64,000 nt of DNA from Eledone cirrhosa (lineage: Eukaryota). A program made the translations under genes and the position numbers. The stretch's first letter is position 1. Every line of letters starts with the position of its first letter. Positions 47,352 through 64,000 of the stretch are shown one piece after another. Below the pieces are notes generated by a model. The model did no database searches. It saw nothing but the letters and a program-made list of their open reading frames with translations, and was not told the origin of the DNA. The DNA is taken from assembly GCA_964016885.1 (NCBI GenBank), contig OZ024743.1:375472001-375536000 (forward strand), given 5' to 3'.

Positions 47352-48847
47352 TTGAGTGGTTTAGACAAATTAAATATGACAATAATAATAGGTTTATTCA
47401 ACTTGATATAGCTAACTATTATTCTTCTATTACCCCTAGTCTACTAAATAAGGCACTAAATTACGCATTCAAACATACGGACCTAACTAGCAAAGAAATG
47501 CATATTATATTATCGGCTAGGAAAACTTTGATAGAATTTGATGACAAATTATGTACCAGAGCAGATAGAGATAGCAATTTTGACATAACTATGGGATCTT
47601 CCGACTCAGCTCAGGTAACTGACCTTGTGGGCTTATTTTTAATCAATTCGCTACATAGGAAAATACCTGGTACTACCGGAGGTTTATATAGGGATGACAT
47701 GCTTTTACTTATTAATAATAATAACCCTGAACTAAATAGAAAATGTAAACAAATTACAAAATTTTTTAATTAATTTAACCTTAAAATAGAAATTGAGAAC
47801 AACCATAGAATAGTCAACTTCCTAGATATAACATTAAATCTCAACACATGTCTCCACTATCCTTTTCACAAGTTGAATGAAAACTTAAACTATGTCAACT
47901 TTAACTCTAACCACCCCAGATCTGTCAAAAACACTATAGTAAACTCAGTCCAAAAACGTATCTCTAGGATCTCGTCGAATAGAAAGATTTTTGACGAAAA
48001 GGCCCAATACTATAATGATGCACTAGCTAGGGCAGGGTATGCTGATAAGATTGTGTACATAGATAATGATAAACAAACTAAACAAAGTAACAACTTTTTT
48101 AATGACGGCAACAACATTAACAACTATAATAGAAAGCATTACAATAATTCCAAAGGACAAAAAAGAAATAGAACTAGGAACATAATTTGGTTTGCCCCCC
48201 CTTTCTCACTAAACATTAAAACCCACATCGCTAAATTATTTTTCAAAGCTCTTGATAATCGCTTCCCTAGAACACATAGGTACCACTCAATCTTCAATAG
48301 GCATACAATTAAATTAACCTACTCATCCACCAAAAATTTAGCACAAAATATTAATAGAATAAATAATAGGAACTTAAAACCTACTGATAATAGCATAAAT
48401 AATATACAAGTTAACAAATGTAACTGTAGAGATAGATCTAAATGTCCGTTAAATAACAACTGCTTAGTTAAAAATATAGTATACAATTGTAATGTTAATA
48501 CTGACTCTAATTCTTTTAACTACGTCGGTTCCACATCGACGGAATTTAAACTTCGCTATAATAACCACAAGAATTCTTTCACAGATCCAAATAAAAAATC
48601 TTCAACGGCACTATCAGGCGTACTCTGGCAACTTAAGCTAGATAACGTTAGATATTCGACGGCTTGGAATATAGTCTCAAGAGGGATTCCTTTTAATTCA
48701 TCCTCTGAGACATGTGACCTCTGCGCAGAGGAGATATTCTTTATACTAAAATCTAAAAATTCCCTTAACCTACGGACAAATTTATTCAGTTGTTGCAAAC
48801 ATAGATTAAACTCAACGTTTAAATATAAATTTAAATTTAAAATGTAG
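47352..48847 (+). pseudogene. 5'-truncated family B ORF with nonsense codon
   Basis: Matches 51414-52909; TAC>TAA at 47771-47773 splits it into the 145-aa and 324-aa ORF calls. Confidence 0.92.
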
Positions 48848-50044
48848 TATATTTAGTTTGATTTATATTTATATGAGAACTAGCCGATAAATCTTTTGAT
48901 TCCTAAATCTTTGATTCCCTCTTTTTACTCTTTTTATTTTTTATTGTTTATTTTATTTTATTTATTTTTATTTTTATTTTTATTTTTATTTTTATCTAAA
49001 CATTCCTCATGAAAAATTAAGCTACCCTAAAAGCCGATGCTCCAATTTTTTGAATTAACCTTACACTTGATAAACTTATATATTAAATATAGGAACATAT
49101 GTAGACATTATTGGACATCATAACCTTTTTTGTTTTGCGATATTCCTTGCTAGATGTGATTTGATAGATAATTTTTGGCTTTGTCTTGTAGTGAACTTGG
49201 CAATATATTGTCAATTAACTTTGAAGGGTTGTTCTTTGTGGTTTATTTTTATTTTCATTTTTATTTTTATTTTCATTTTTATTTTTATTTTTATTTTTAT
49301 TTTTATTTTTATTTTTATTTTTATTTTTATTTTTATTTTTATTTTTATTTTTATTTTTATTTTTATTCTTTTAGTATTGTAGTATTCTATAATATTTTTA
49401 TTTATTTTTTTATTTTATTTTATTTTTATTTTTAATATTTTTATATGTAAATTTTTATTTTTAATATTTTTATATGTAAAGTTTTAATACGTAATATTTT
49501 TAATACGTAGTATTTTTAATATGCAATATTTTTATTATGTAATATTCTTTCGTAATATTCTTTTTTAGTTTTCTATTCTATATTTTTATATTTTTATATA
49601 TTTTTACTTATTATCATTATTATTGTTATCTCTGCTTATAATATAATATATATTTTCGATTAGTATATTGAAATCTGCTCTCTATTTCTGCTTGATAGAT
49701 AATCTTGTAGAGTAATCGCAAGAATAATAATACGCTCAAATTTTTATACCACATTGAGAATGTTTTCCGGTAACTTTGAATTTGCGGAGTGAATCAGTTG
49801 GATTCACATAGACATATGAATTTTTTAAAAAACTAAACATAAGATAATGAATTTTCACGCATTGTGAATACTTGTTTCATTCAGGAATACTGATATTTAC
49901 AATATAGTGTAAGTTTTATAAATACTAATACATTAAAACATAGGGTTCTCTACGCCTCGAATATGTCTGGCTATTTTTAAATTTTTTCTCTCTCTATATC
50001 TCTCTATATCTCTCTATATATCTCCCTTACATTAATACTTGAGC

Positions 50045-50079
<35 letters not shown>

Positions 50080-50442
50080 ATGCATCATTGATACACTTAC
50101 TCAAAATGACCTCCCACTACCTAATTTTTCTATATCTATATTTATATATGTATCTATCTCTACTTCCTCTCTCTCTCTATATATATATATATATCTTTCT
50201 GTCTCTTTACATGAAGCTCTTCGCTTTATCTATTTTTCCATCTCTCTATTTTGTCCCATGCATTTCTTCTTTTTCTTTTTCTTCTTTTTCTTCCTTATCT
50301 TCGTTTTGTCTTTCTTTCTTTCCTATTTCCCTCTTTTCCCTCTCTCTTTCTTTCTCTCTGTATTTTCACTGCTAGAGTGAACCTCTTCAAATGAAGTTGA
50401 TGTTTATTACGGTATGTCGAATATATTTATCTATAAAACTGT

Positions 50443-50523
50443 TTATATTGTATTTTGTCTGATGAAGGCATAGCATATTGTTAATATGATATCCCCGAAA
50501 TATATATAATGAAATAAATATGG
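50443..50523 (+). ncRNA. Type I hammerhead ribozyme (family B pLTR)
   Basis: Long stem I ATATTGTATTTTGT/ATGAAATAAATAT; CTGATGA 50459-50465; imperfect stem II GG..ATA.CATATT-GTT-AATATG.TAT..CC; GAAA 50497-50500; palindromic ATATATAT stem III; cleavage after A50508. Confidence 0.78.
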
Positions 50524-50695
50524 TTTTATAAATATAGTTTTCCATTTATTTAATATTGTAAATATACTCCAAGTATTTGTCGAGTGCTTTTATATCAGTT
50601 ATAAATATTTACTAGTTGTAACCCAACAATTTTAAATATAACTTTACATGTATCTTGCTCCAATACTGTTGAGCGCTTTATATTATAACTGAAAA

Positions 50696-52909
50696 ATGGA
50701 ATTCTTTAAGATTACTTCCTCTCTAAAAGACATACCTCTACCTAGAAACAAAGACTTTGTAAAACAACTAATAGATAAATCTGACTCTTTTATAAGGAGA
50801 ATCAGGTGGCGTGCATTCCACTTTGATAAATTTAATGCAGACGAAAATATCTCGGACTTAAACAAAGTTTTCAAATCTAAAAGAAATCCACCCCCTAACA
50901 AACTTTTATCTGACTTTGAAAACGATATAATTTCTATCATACAAGAGGTCAAATTCAAGAGAAACTTTAAAGGCCAGGAATATCTGAAAGGCATTAAGGA
51001 TAACATTGAGAGCTTAGAGAAAACTGAGAAGATCTTGGTGAAATCTGACAAGACCAACAACCTCTATGGAGTGCAGAAAGACATGTATAATGGCCTCATA
51101 CTGAAAGAGCTGAGGAAAAAATACAAGGTAGCAGATAAGACCGAACTTGAGAAAATGAATGTTGAAGCATCTTGTATAATGCATGAGTTGGAAATTGAGA
51201 ACAGAACACAACCTTTCGTGCCCAGGAAACCGAAGATCAATATGAAGGACCACAAGAGGAATTTTGAGATTGACCTGCCAGTTAGATTGATCGCACCTTC
51301 AAAATCGGACCTGGGCAAATTAAGCAAAAACATTCTTGACAGGGTGATACTGCAAATTAAGAACTTGGATTATGTATCTAACCTGAGCTTGTGGAAGGGA
51401 ACTGGAGAGGTTGTTGAGTGGTTTAGACAAATTAAATATGACAATAATAATAGGTTTATTCAACTTGATATAGCTAACTATTATTCTTCTATTACCCCTA
51501 GTCTACTAAATAAGGCACTAAATTACGCATTCAAACATACGGACCTAACTAGCAAAGAAATGCATATTATATTATCGGCTAGGAAAACTTTGATAGAATT
51601 TGATGACAAATTATGGACCAGAGCAGATAGAGATAGCAATTTTGACATAACTATGGGATCTTCCGACTCAGCTCAGGTAACTGACCTTGTGGGCTTATTT
51701 TTAATCAATTCGCTACATAGGAAAATACCTGGTACTACCGGAGGTTTATATAGGGATGACATGCTTTTACTTATTAATAATAATAACCCTGAACTAAATA
51801 GAAAATGTAAACAAATTACAAAATTGTTTAATTACTTTAACCTTAAAATAGAAATTGAGAACAACCATAGAATAGTCAACTTCCTAGATATAACATTAAA
51901 TCTCAACACATGTCTCCACTATCCTTTTCACAAGTTGAATGAAAACTTAAACTATGTCAACTTTAACTCTAACCACCCCAGATCTGTCAAAAACACTATA
52001 GTAAACTCAGTCCAAAAACGTATCTCTAGGATCTCGTCGAATAGAAAGATTTTTGACGAAAAGGCCCAATACTATAATGATGCACTAGCTAGGGCAGGGT
52101 ATGCTGATAAGATTGTGTACATAGATAATGATAAACAAACTAAACAAAGTAACAACTTTTTTAATGACGGCAACAACATTAACAACTATAATAGAAAGCA
52201 TTACAATAATTCCAAAGGACAAAAAAGAAATAGAACTAGGAACATAATTTGGTTTGCCCCCCCTTTCTCACTAAACATTAAAACCCACATCGCTAAATTA
52301 TTTTTCAAAGCTCTTGATAATCGCTTCCCTAGAACACATAGGTACCACTCAATCTTCAATAGGCATACAATTAAATTAACCTACTCATCCACCAAAAATT
52401 TAGCACAAAATATTAATAGAATAAATAATAGGAACTTAAAACCTACTGATAATAGCATAAATAATATACAAGTTAACAAATGTAACTGTAGAGATAGATC
52501 TAAATGTCCGTTAAATAACAACTGCTTAGTTAAAAATATAGTATACAATTGTAATGTTAATACTGACTCTAATTCTTTTAACTACGTCGGTTCCACATCG
52601 ACGGAATTTAAACTTCGCTATAATAACCACAAGAATTCTTTCACAGATCCAAATAAAAAATCTTCAACGGCACTATCAGGCGTACTCTGGCAACTTAAGC
52701 TAGATAACGTTAGATATTCGACGGCTTGGAATATAGTCTCAAGAGGGATTCCTTTTAATTCATCCTCTGAGACATGTGACCTCTGCGCAGAGGAGATATT
52801 CTTTATACTAAAATCTAAAAATTCCCTTAACCTACGGACAAATTTATTCAGTTGTTGCAAACATAGATTAAACTCAACGTTTAAATATAAATTTAAATTT
52901 AAAATGTAG
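50696..52909 (+). CDS. PLE polyprotein 737 aa (RT + GIY-YIG), possibly Hydra-clade-like
   Basis: KSDKT, MKDHK, PVRLI, LDIANYYSSI, TMGSSDSAQ, LYRDD, NFLDITL, SNHP, AGY, WFAPPFS, CNC-x5-C linker, IVYNC..YVGST..RYNNH, CDLC, LNLR..CCKH. The clade label is inferred from compact size and the CxCx5C linker. Confidence 0.93.
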   Translation: MEFFKITSSLKDIPLPRNKDFVKQLIDKSDSFIRRIRWRAFHFDKFNADENISDLNKVFKSKRNPPPNKLLSDFENDIISIIQEVKFKRNFKGQEYLKGIKDNIESLEKTEKILVKSDKTNNLYGVQKDMYNGLILKELRKKYKVADKTELEKMNVEASCIMHELEIENRTQPFVPRKPKINMKDHKRNFEIDLPVRLIAPSKSDLGKLSKNILDRVILQIKNLDYVSNLSLWKGTGEVVEWFRQIKYDNNNRFIQLDIANYYSSITPSLLNKALNYAFKHTDLTSKEMHIILSARKTLIEFDDKLWTRADRDSNFDITMGSSDSAQVTDLVGLFLINSLHRKIPGTTGGLYRDDMLLLINNNNPELNRKCKQITKLFNYFNLKIEIENNHRIVNFLDITLNLNTCLHYPFHKLNENLNYVNFNSNHPRSVKNTIVNSVQKRISRISSNRKIFDEKAQYYNDALARAGYADKIVYIDNDKQTKQSNNFFNDGNNINNYNRKHYNNSKGQKRNRTRNIIWFAPPFSLNIKTHIAKLFFKALDNRFPRTHRYHSIFNRHTIKLTYSSTKNLAQNINRINNRNLKPTDNSINNIQVNKCNCRDRSKCPLNNNCLVKNIVYNCNVNTDSNSFNYVGSTSTEFKLRYNNHKNSFTDPNKKSSTALSGVLWQLKLDNVRYSTAWNIVSRGIPFNSSSETCDLCAEEIFFILKSKNSLNLRTNLFSCCKHRLNSTFKYKFKFKM

Positions 52910-53302
52910 TATATTTAGTTTGATTTATATTTATATGAGAACTAGCCGATAAATCTTTTGATTCCTAAATCTTTGATTCCCTCTTTTTACTCTTTTTATT
53001 TTTTATTGTTTATTTTATTTTATTTATTTTTATTTTTATTTTTATTTTTATCTAAACATTCCTCATGAAAAATTAAGCTACCCTAAAAGCCGATGCTCCA
53101 ATTTTTTGAATTAACCTTACACTTGATAAACTTATATATTAAATATAGGAACATATGTAGACATTATTGGACATCATAACCTTTTTTTTTTTTTTTGCGA
53201 TATTCCTTGCTAGATGTGATTTGATAGATAATTTTTGGCTTTGTCTTGTAGTGAACTGGGCAATATATTGTCAATTAACTTTGAAGGGTTGTTCTTTGTG
53301 GT

Positions 53303-53463
53303 TTATTTTTATTTTCATTTTTATTTTTATTTTTATTTTTATTTTTATTTTTATTATTATTTTTATTTTTATTTTTATTTTTATTTTTATTTTTATTTTT
53401 ATTTTTATTTTTATTTTTATTTTTATTTTTATTTTTATTTTTATTTTTATTTTTATTTTTATT
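53303..53463 (+). repeat. (ATTTTT)n microsatellite inside family B UTR
   Basis: Also at ~49244-49366 and, inverted, ~46703-46780, with different lengths. Confidence 0.9.
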
Positions 53464-54135
53464 CTTTTAGTATTGTAGTATTCTATAATATTTTTATTTT
53501 TTATTTTATTTTATTTTTATTTTTAATATTTTTATATGTAAATTTTTATTTTTAATATTTTTATATGTAAAGTTTTAATACGTAATATTTTTAATACGTA
53601 GTATTTTTAATATGCAATATTTTTATTATGTAATATTCTTTCGTAATATTCTTTTTTAGTTTTCTATTCTATATTTTTATATTTTTATATATTTTTACTT
53701 ATTATCATTATTATTGTTATCTCTGCTTATAATATAATATATATTTTCGATTAGTATATTGAAATCTGCTCTCTATTTCTGCTTGATAGATAATCTTGTA
53801 GAGTAATCGCAAGAATAATAATACGCTCAAATTTTTATACCACATTGAAAATGTTTTCCGGTAACTTTGAATTTGCGGAGTGAATCAGTTGGATTCACAT
53901 AGACATATGAATTTTTTAAAAAACTAAACATAAGATAATGAATTTTCACGCATTGTGAATACTTGTTTCATTCAGGAATACTGATATTTACAATATAGTG
54001 TAAGTTTTATAAATACTAATACATTAAAACATAGGGTTCTCTACGCCTCGAATATGTCTGGCTATTTTTAAATTTTTTCTCTCTCTATATCTCTCTATAT
54101 CTCTCTATATATCTCCCTTACATTAATACTTGAGC

Positions 54136-54174
<39 letters not shown>

Positions 54175-54539
54175 ATGCATCATTGATACACTTACTCAAA
54201 ATGACCTCCCACTACCTAATTTTTCTATATCTATATTTATATATGTATCTATCTCTACTTCCTCTCTCTCTCTCTATATATATATATATCTCTTTCTGTC
54301 TCTTTACATGAAGCTCTTCGCTTTATCTATTTTTCCATCTCTCTATTTTGTCCCATGCATTTCTTCTTTTTCTTTTTCTTCTTTTTCTTCCTTTTCTTCG
54401 TTTTGTCTTTCTTTCTTTCCTATTTCCCTCTTTTCTCTCTCTCTTTCTTTCTCTCTGTATTTTCACTGCTAGAGTGAACCTCTTCAAATGAAGTTGATGT
54501 TTATTACGGTATGTCGAATATATTTATCTATAAAACTGT

Positions 54540-54620
54540 TTATATTGTATTTTGTCTGATGAAGGCATAGCATATTGTTAATATGATATCCCCGAAATAT
54601 ATATAATGAAATAAATATGG
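54540..54620 (+). ncRNA. Type I hammerhead ribozyme (family B, downstream pLTR)
   Basis: CTGATGA 54556-54562; identical to 50443-50523. Confidence 0.78.
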
Positions 54621-54651
54621 TTTTATAAATATAGTTTTCCATTTATTTAAT

Positions 54652-55579
<928 letters not shown>

Positions 55580-55581
<2 letters not shown>

Positions 55582-58212
55582 ATCATCATCATCATCATCA
55601 ACGTTTAACGTCCGTGTTCCACGCTTGCATGGGTTTGGACGGGGGTAGTCCCACTTGAGGCAAGAGTGATTGTCTTGCTCGCATAGGACTGTCTGGCAGG
55701 TTTTCTACAGTTGGATGCCCTTCCTAACACCAACCACATTTACAGTGTGGGTCTGGGAGGTTTTTACCGTGTTGCCTACACGGCCACATTACAGCGTGGA
55801 CTGTGTGTTTTTTTGTCGTGACACCTACACGATCTCATTTGTTTCGGCCTCGATGGCGCGGCACCAACATAACTTTACATAGAACGGGGTGGTGTGGATC
55901 GGGTGGGGGTGGTGGTGGTGGGACGGGGTGTATTTTGTTAGAGATGCCTACTGGCTGGAGTAGGTTTTACTATATATTTAGGTAAGGCGGGTCTTCTCTG
56001 TTACTGAGTACCGCCAAAGGTCTCGGTCCAGTGACATTGTCTTGGAGAGGTGTAAGTGTGTGATGTCGGAGTTTATCAGCTCGTCCCAGGTTTTTCTAGG
56101 TCTGCCTATTCCGTGACTACCGTCTATCTTTATTGCCCTGCACTTTGTTATACAGCTATCGACTTTCATGCGCATCACGTGTCCATACCAACGTAGCCTT
56201 CTCTCGAGTAAACAACATCTGATCCCTCTTATCTCTAATTTTTTCCTTAGTTCGTTTATGCTTTGCCGTTCACGTATATTACTGTTACACATCCAGCGGA
56301 GCATGCAAGCTTCGTTCCTCTCTAGTCTGCGTATATCCTCTGCACACAATGCCCAGGTCTCACTGCCATGCAGCATTGCTGTTCGTATGCAGGCATCGTA
56401 CAACCTGCCTTTCATTTTAGTGAGAACCCTTTAGCAGCTAATAGTGGTATAAGCTCTCTGAACTTTTTCCAACCAGTTCTGACTCTAGCTACAGTACTTT
56501 CAGAGCACCCTCCCCCACTGCTGATTTTATCGCCCAGGTAACGGAAGCTGTCCACTATTTCTATAGAACCCTCTGCGCAATTGAAAGAGCTAGTAGTTTG
56601 TGGGCACTTGCTGCTACTTATTGCACCAGAGCACCGGCCACATGTAAAATCTATGTTCTTAGTTAGCTTACCTGTGATCCCACTACATCTTTTATGCACC
56701 CATACTTTGCATTTAGGACATAAAATGGAGTTTCTACCTACGCCTTTCCTACACACCGAGCACGACCATTTCCCAGAAGGGACCGCCGCCTTGTTTTCTT
56801 TCCTACAAACTGTTTTCTTTCCTACAAACTAGTACTTTGGTCTTAGCCAGGTTAATTTTAAGTCCTTTTGACTCTAGGCCGTGCTTCCATGTTTGGAATT
56901 TCTTCTCTAGCTCGGCCATTGATTCCGCTATGAGTGTCAGGTCGTCTGCGTATAGGAGTTCCCATGGGCAGCCTGTCTTGAACTCCTCTGTTATAGCCTG
57001 AAGGGCAATAATAAATAGTAGTGGGCTGAGAACAGAGCCCTGATGGACGCCAACTTTTACGCTAAACTCTTCACTATATTCGTTGTTAATTCTAACCTTG
57101 CTGACTGTTTCTTTATACATGGCTTGTATAGCCCTCACAAGCCATTCGTCAACGCCTAGTTTTCTAAGAGCCCACCAGATAATGGAGCGGGGGACTCTGT
57201 CGAAGGCTTTCTCCAAGTCGACAAAAGCTAAGTAGAGGGGTTTACCTTTAGCTAGGTACTTCTCCTGTAGTTGTCGTACTATGAAAAGAGCGTCTGTGGT
57301 ACTTTTGCCTGACACAAACCCGAACTGCATTTCATCTAGGTCAATTCTCTCTCTGATTAGTTGCGCTATTACTTTTTCCGTGACCTTCATGACCTGGTCG
57401 ATTAATTTAATGCCTCTATAGTTACTCCTATCTAGGGCGTCTCCTTTACCCTTATAACAGTTAACGATGATGCTGCTATGCCAGTCCTTCGGAACAACCC
57501 CATTCTGTACGACTTGGTTAACTATGCGGGTGACCATGGTGTGTCCCACCGTGCCAGATGCCTTCAGCATCTCAGCAGCTATTTCCGAAGGCCCAGCCGC
57601 CTTACCCGTCTTCATATCCTTGATTGCCTTACTTATTATACTCCCCTCGACTAACACTGCTGGTCCCTCTATTGGGTCGATATGGGGGAGACTGCCTTTC
57701 TCCCAATTATTCTCCTCATTTAGTAGCCTTTCATAGTGACACTTCCAAGCTACCTTCTTATCAGCGTCGGTGATGGCAAGTGTGCCATCGTCGTTTAGTA
57801 CACACTTCTCCCCGACAATATCACGGTTTTCCTTGACGCATTGCCTAGCAATCCTGAACACCTCACGTTTTTGGTCATCGCGTTGTAGAACATGCTTGAA
57901 CTTTCTTTCCTCAGCTTCCCTTCTTGCTAAGTACACTTGTCTCCTAGCTTCCCTCCTGGCCACTTGATAGTCCTCTCTACTTCCCCCATCCCGCCATACT
58001 TTCCAAGCCTGCTTTTTGGCCTTAATTGACCCCTCCACCTTACTGTTCCACCACCATGTTACTCTCCTCCTGCCTACAGGCCTGCTCCAGCCACAGACCT
58101 CGTCTGTCGCCAACAGCAGGTTTGCTTTCAGAAATTCCCACTCTCCCTCTATATTGTCCGACTCTAAATGTTCTTCCTTACTGTCGAAAGCATCAAGTAA
58201 TATGCTTTGAAA
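55580..58212 (-). mobile_element. 5'-truncated RTE-clade LINE with PHD finger and (GAT)n tail
   Basis: [53 protein letters not shown]4HC3 finger 56631-56762, FRYLG, LHGSETW, RLRWYGHV, GRPRKTW, DRDLWR, stop 55978; 3' UTR with GGATGCCCTTCCT on +; (CAT)7 at 55581. Frameshifts at ~56810 and ~56415; endonuclease missing. Confidence 0.93.
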
Positions 58213-61670
<3,458 letters not shown>

Positions 61671-64000
61671 AAAGAAGAAATTAAAAGATGGTTAAAAAGT
61701 TCCATATATTTTATTATGCGCATTTCGAAAACAACATCATCCTGGGACAAAATTGTGTTCTCATCAGATAAAATAAGGTAACATGACATGAGGCCTTAAA
61801 ACACTTGTGAACAAGAAAGTGTCCAGTCTAGATATGACAAAAATATAAGAGTAAGAGAAAAATAATAAAAATGAAGAAAAGGAAAGAAGAAGGAAAAAGG
61901 AAAAAGAAAAAGAAGAGAGGAAAATGGAAAGAAAGAAGGAGGAAAGAGAAAGAGAAAGATAGAGTGAGAGACTTATGATCAGGAACGCTGTCAAAATGAA
62001 AACAGCTGTAAATAACGGTAAAAAAAAAAAAATCGATGAGGTGTATGTGCGAATATTACAAATATTAGAGGTCTAGAATATAGAAACTGGCTATATTATT
62101 TCATATTGGGTTTGAATACTAAAAATTGGATTAAGAAGTGTAAAAATGTATTAATAATATAAAATAAAATAATTATAAAAAAGGTTTTTAAAAAAAGGTT
62201 TTTTAAAAAAATGGTTTTTAAAATAAAATAAAATAAAATAAAATATAAGATAGAATAGAATAAAAAATAAAAATAAAAATAATAATAGTCTATGTATTTC
62301 ATGATTAAAAATTACTATTAAAAATCTGTATATGGGGTATACTATTTAATTATTATTTTATATCAACAAGTAAATAAAGGAAATTGCTAGAAAGGTTTAT
62401 AAACGTAGAAAGACATATGACGTCATAGTTTGTTTACAACATCTACGAAGGCTTGAACGAAAATTTAAGGCTATAGAGAAAAAAGGTGAAAGGCTTAAGA
62501 GGAAAAAGGTGAAAGGCTTAAAATATGCTGGGAAAAGTGAGTTAATACATTGTAGAATATAATGAAATATGTGTGAAAAAAAGTGTGAAAAAATATGTGT
62601 AAAAAATATGTATGTGTAAAAAATTAACTGTTATTCGTGGAATATATTATGACATTAGATGTATACTTTGTGAAAGGTCTTGAAAAATTTATGATTACAA
62701 AGACCAAATAAATCTGTACGTCTATTAATTAAAGAGTTGAAATTCGAGATAATGGTAAATTTTTCAGCTAGACATAAATTACAAACCCATTGGAGTATGG
62801 AAAGGCGTTGCAAATTTTACGCCAAGAAATTTCATAATTAATGTTTTTGTCTTTTAAGGACCAAATAAGTTCTGAGAGTGCGGTGCTGGTCCTTTTAAGT
62901 GGATATTTAAATGTAGAAGAATGATTATAGAGTCTTGCTTTAAAAGAGGTAGAAGTAGAGCCAATATAGGTATAGGTATTGGTACTAGTTACCACTTTAC
63001 ATTCATATACTAGGTTTTTATCGAGACAGAAATTACTAAGAGGACAATTAGTTCTAATAGGGCAGTTGCATTTACGATTATGATTATTAACAGAGTTATT
63101 TGCAAGTGGCCCAGAATTAATTATAATAGGAACTGGAGTGGTGGAATTAGCTAAAGGAGGTGTTAAAGTTTCAAGATTTACATTAGTATTTGAAGCATTC
63201 CTCAAAGTTACGTTTGACGTCGTATTTATATTTGTGCTATTTTGCCTAGAGTTTACATTGACGTCGGGCCTTATAGTGTTATTATTATGACTCTCGTGGT
63301 TGGATGCATATGAGTTATTATTTAATATTTTAGAATTATGTCTTGAGATAATTTTAGAAATGTTGGAAGTAGTGGAATATGAGAATTTAATGGTATGCTT
63401 ATTGAAAATCTTGCTATATATATGTGAAGGGAGAAGCTGTTATCTAAAGCCCTAAAAAATAATTTAGGGATTTTGTTAATAAGTGAAAGAGAGAAGGGAG
63501 CGTTGTACCAAAGGATATTTTTATATCTAGGTCTCCGCCTTTTGTTACTGGTATGATTATTACTAGCTACATTACTATAAGTTCTGGCAAGATTAGTTTC
63601 TTAGTGTATCTAATTCTGTCTGGATATCCAGCCCTAGATAACGCATTATTATAATAGTTGGCATTAGCATCAAAGATATCTTTATTAGAGGATAAATTAG
63701 AAATTCTTTTTTCAACATTTCTGACTATAGCAGTTTTAACATTATTAGGGTGGTTTGATTTAAAATTAACGTAATTTAGGTTCTCATTATCCTTATGGTA
63801 TGGGTAATATAGGCCGATATCTAGATTAATGGATATATCAAGGAAATTTGCTAATTTATCATTATTCTCGAATTCTATTTTAAGTTAAGATGCTTAAATA
63901 GTTCAAGTATATTTTTCTTAATAATATTAAAGTTTACAGTAAAGACAGTAAAAAGTGTATCATCACGATATATTCCACCGCGAAGTTGAGGAATTTTCCG
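61671..64000 (-). mobile_element. Decayed PLE family D (relative of B), running off the window end
   Basis: Minus strand RKIPQLRGGIYRDD (63960-64000), NFLDISI, SNHP, AGY, WYNAPFSL, CNCPIRTNCPL, LVYEC..YIGST..RLYNH, stop ~62655; ~1-kb UTR then TA; frameshifted. Confidence 0.9.
61707..61775 (-). ncRNA. Type I hammerhead ribozyme (family D pLTR)
   Basis: Minus strand TATTTTAT-CTGATGA-GAACACAAT..GTTGTTTTC-GAA-ATGCGCAT-A-ATAAAATA: 8-bp stem I, fully canonical core, palindromic stem III. Confidence 0.88.

Larger units (their letters stand above)
45436..54657 (+). mobile_element. PLE family B: inverted 3' fragment (45436-47348) + truncated unit + full unit with pLTR
   Basis: The minus arm is the ORF end plus the ~1.8-kb UTR. 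Plus strand: truncated ORF 47352-48847, UTR, intact ORF 50696-52909, UTR to TA at 54657. Stop-to-stop distance is 4062 bp. Confidence 0.95.

Overview
Repeat-saturated animal DNA with no host gene detected. It is probably octopus or another cephalopod; this is inferred from repeat style (giant impure (TA)n arrays, a (CAT)n-tailed RTE with a PHD finger) and not verified. The window is a chain of (TA)n arrays into which retroelements have inserted. Penelope-like elements (PLEs; RT plus C-terminal GIY-YIG endonuclease) dominate. Family A is an intact seamless tandem of two 4117-bp units, each with a 1210-aa ORF, plus decayed copies and a sister subfamily A2. Family B has an intact 737-aa ORF in an inverted-plus-tandem arrangement. 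Family C survives as endonuclease/pLTR fragments and family D as a decayed relative of B. By eye, every PLE family carries a type I hammerhead ribozyme motif in its pseudo-LTR, with compensatory base changes between families, and two further hammerheads sit as tiny solo islands in TA arrays. The most unusual item is the family A protein. It has a conserved ~70-aa insertion between RT motifs A and B' (the position of the telomerase insertion-in-fingers domain) and a ~160-aa Asn-rich region. Also present: two tail-to-tail CR1-group LINEs, RTE fragments, a probable non-autonomous Helitron, a 113-bp near-perfect palindrome, and a ~6.2-kb tandem duplication complicated by a 200-N gap with overlapping contig ends. 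All IYIY-type ORFs are microsatellite artefacts. Clade names and mechanisms are inferences that need alignment or experiment.
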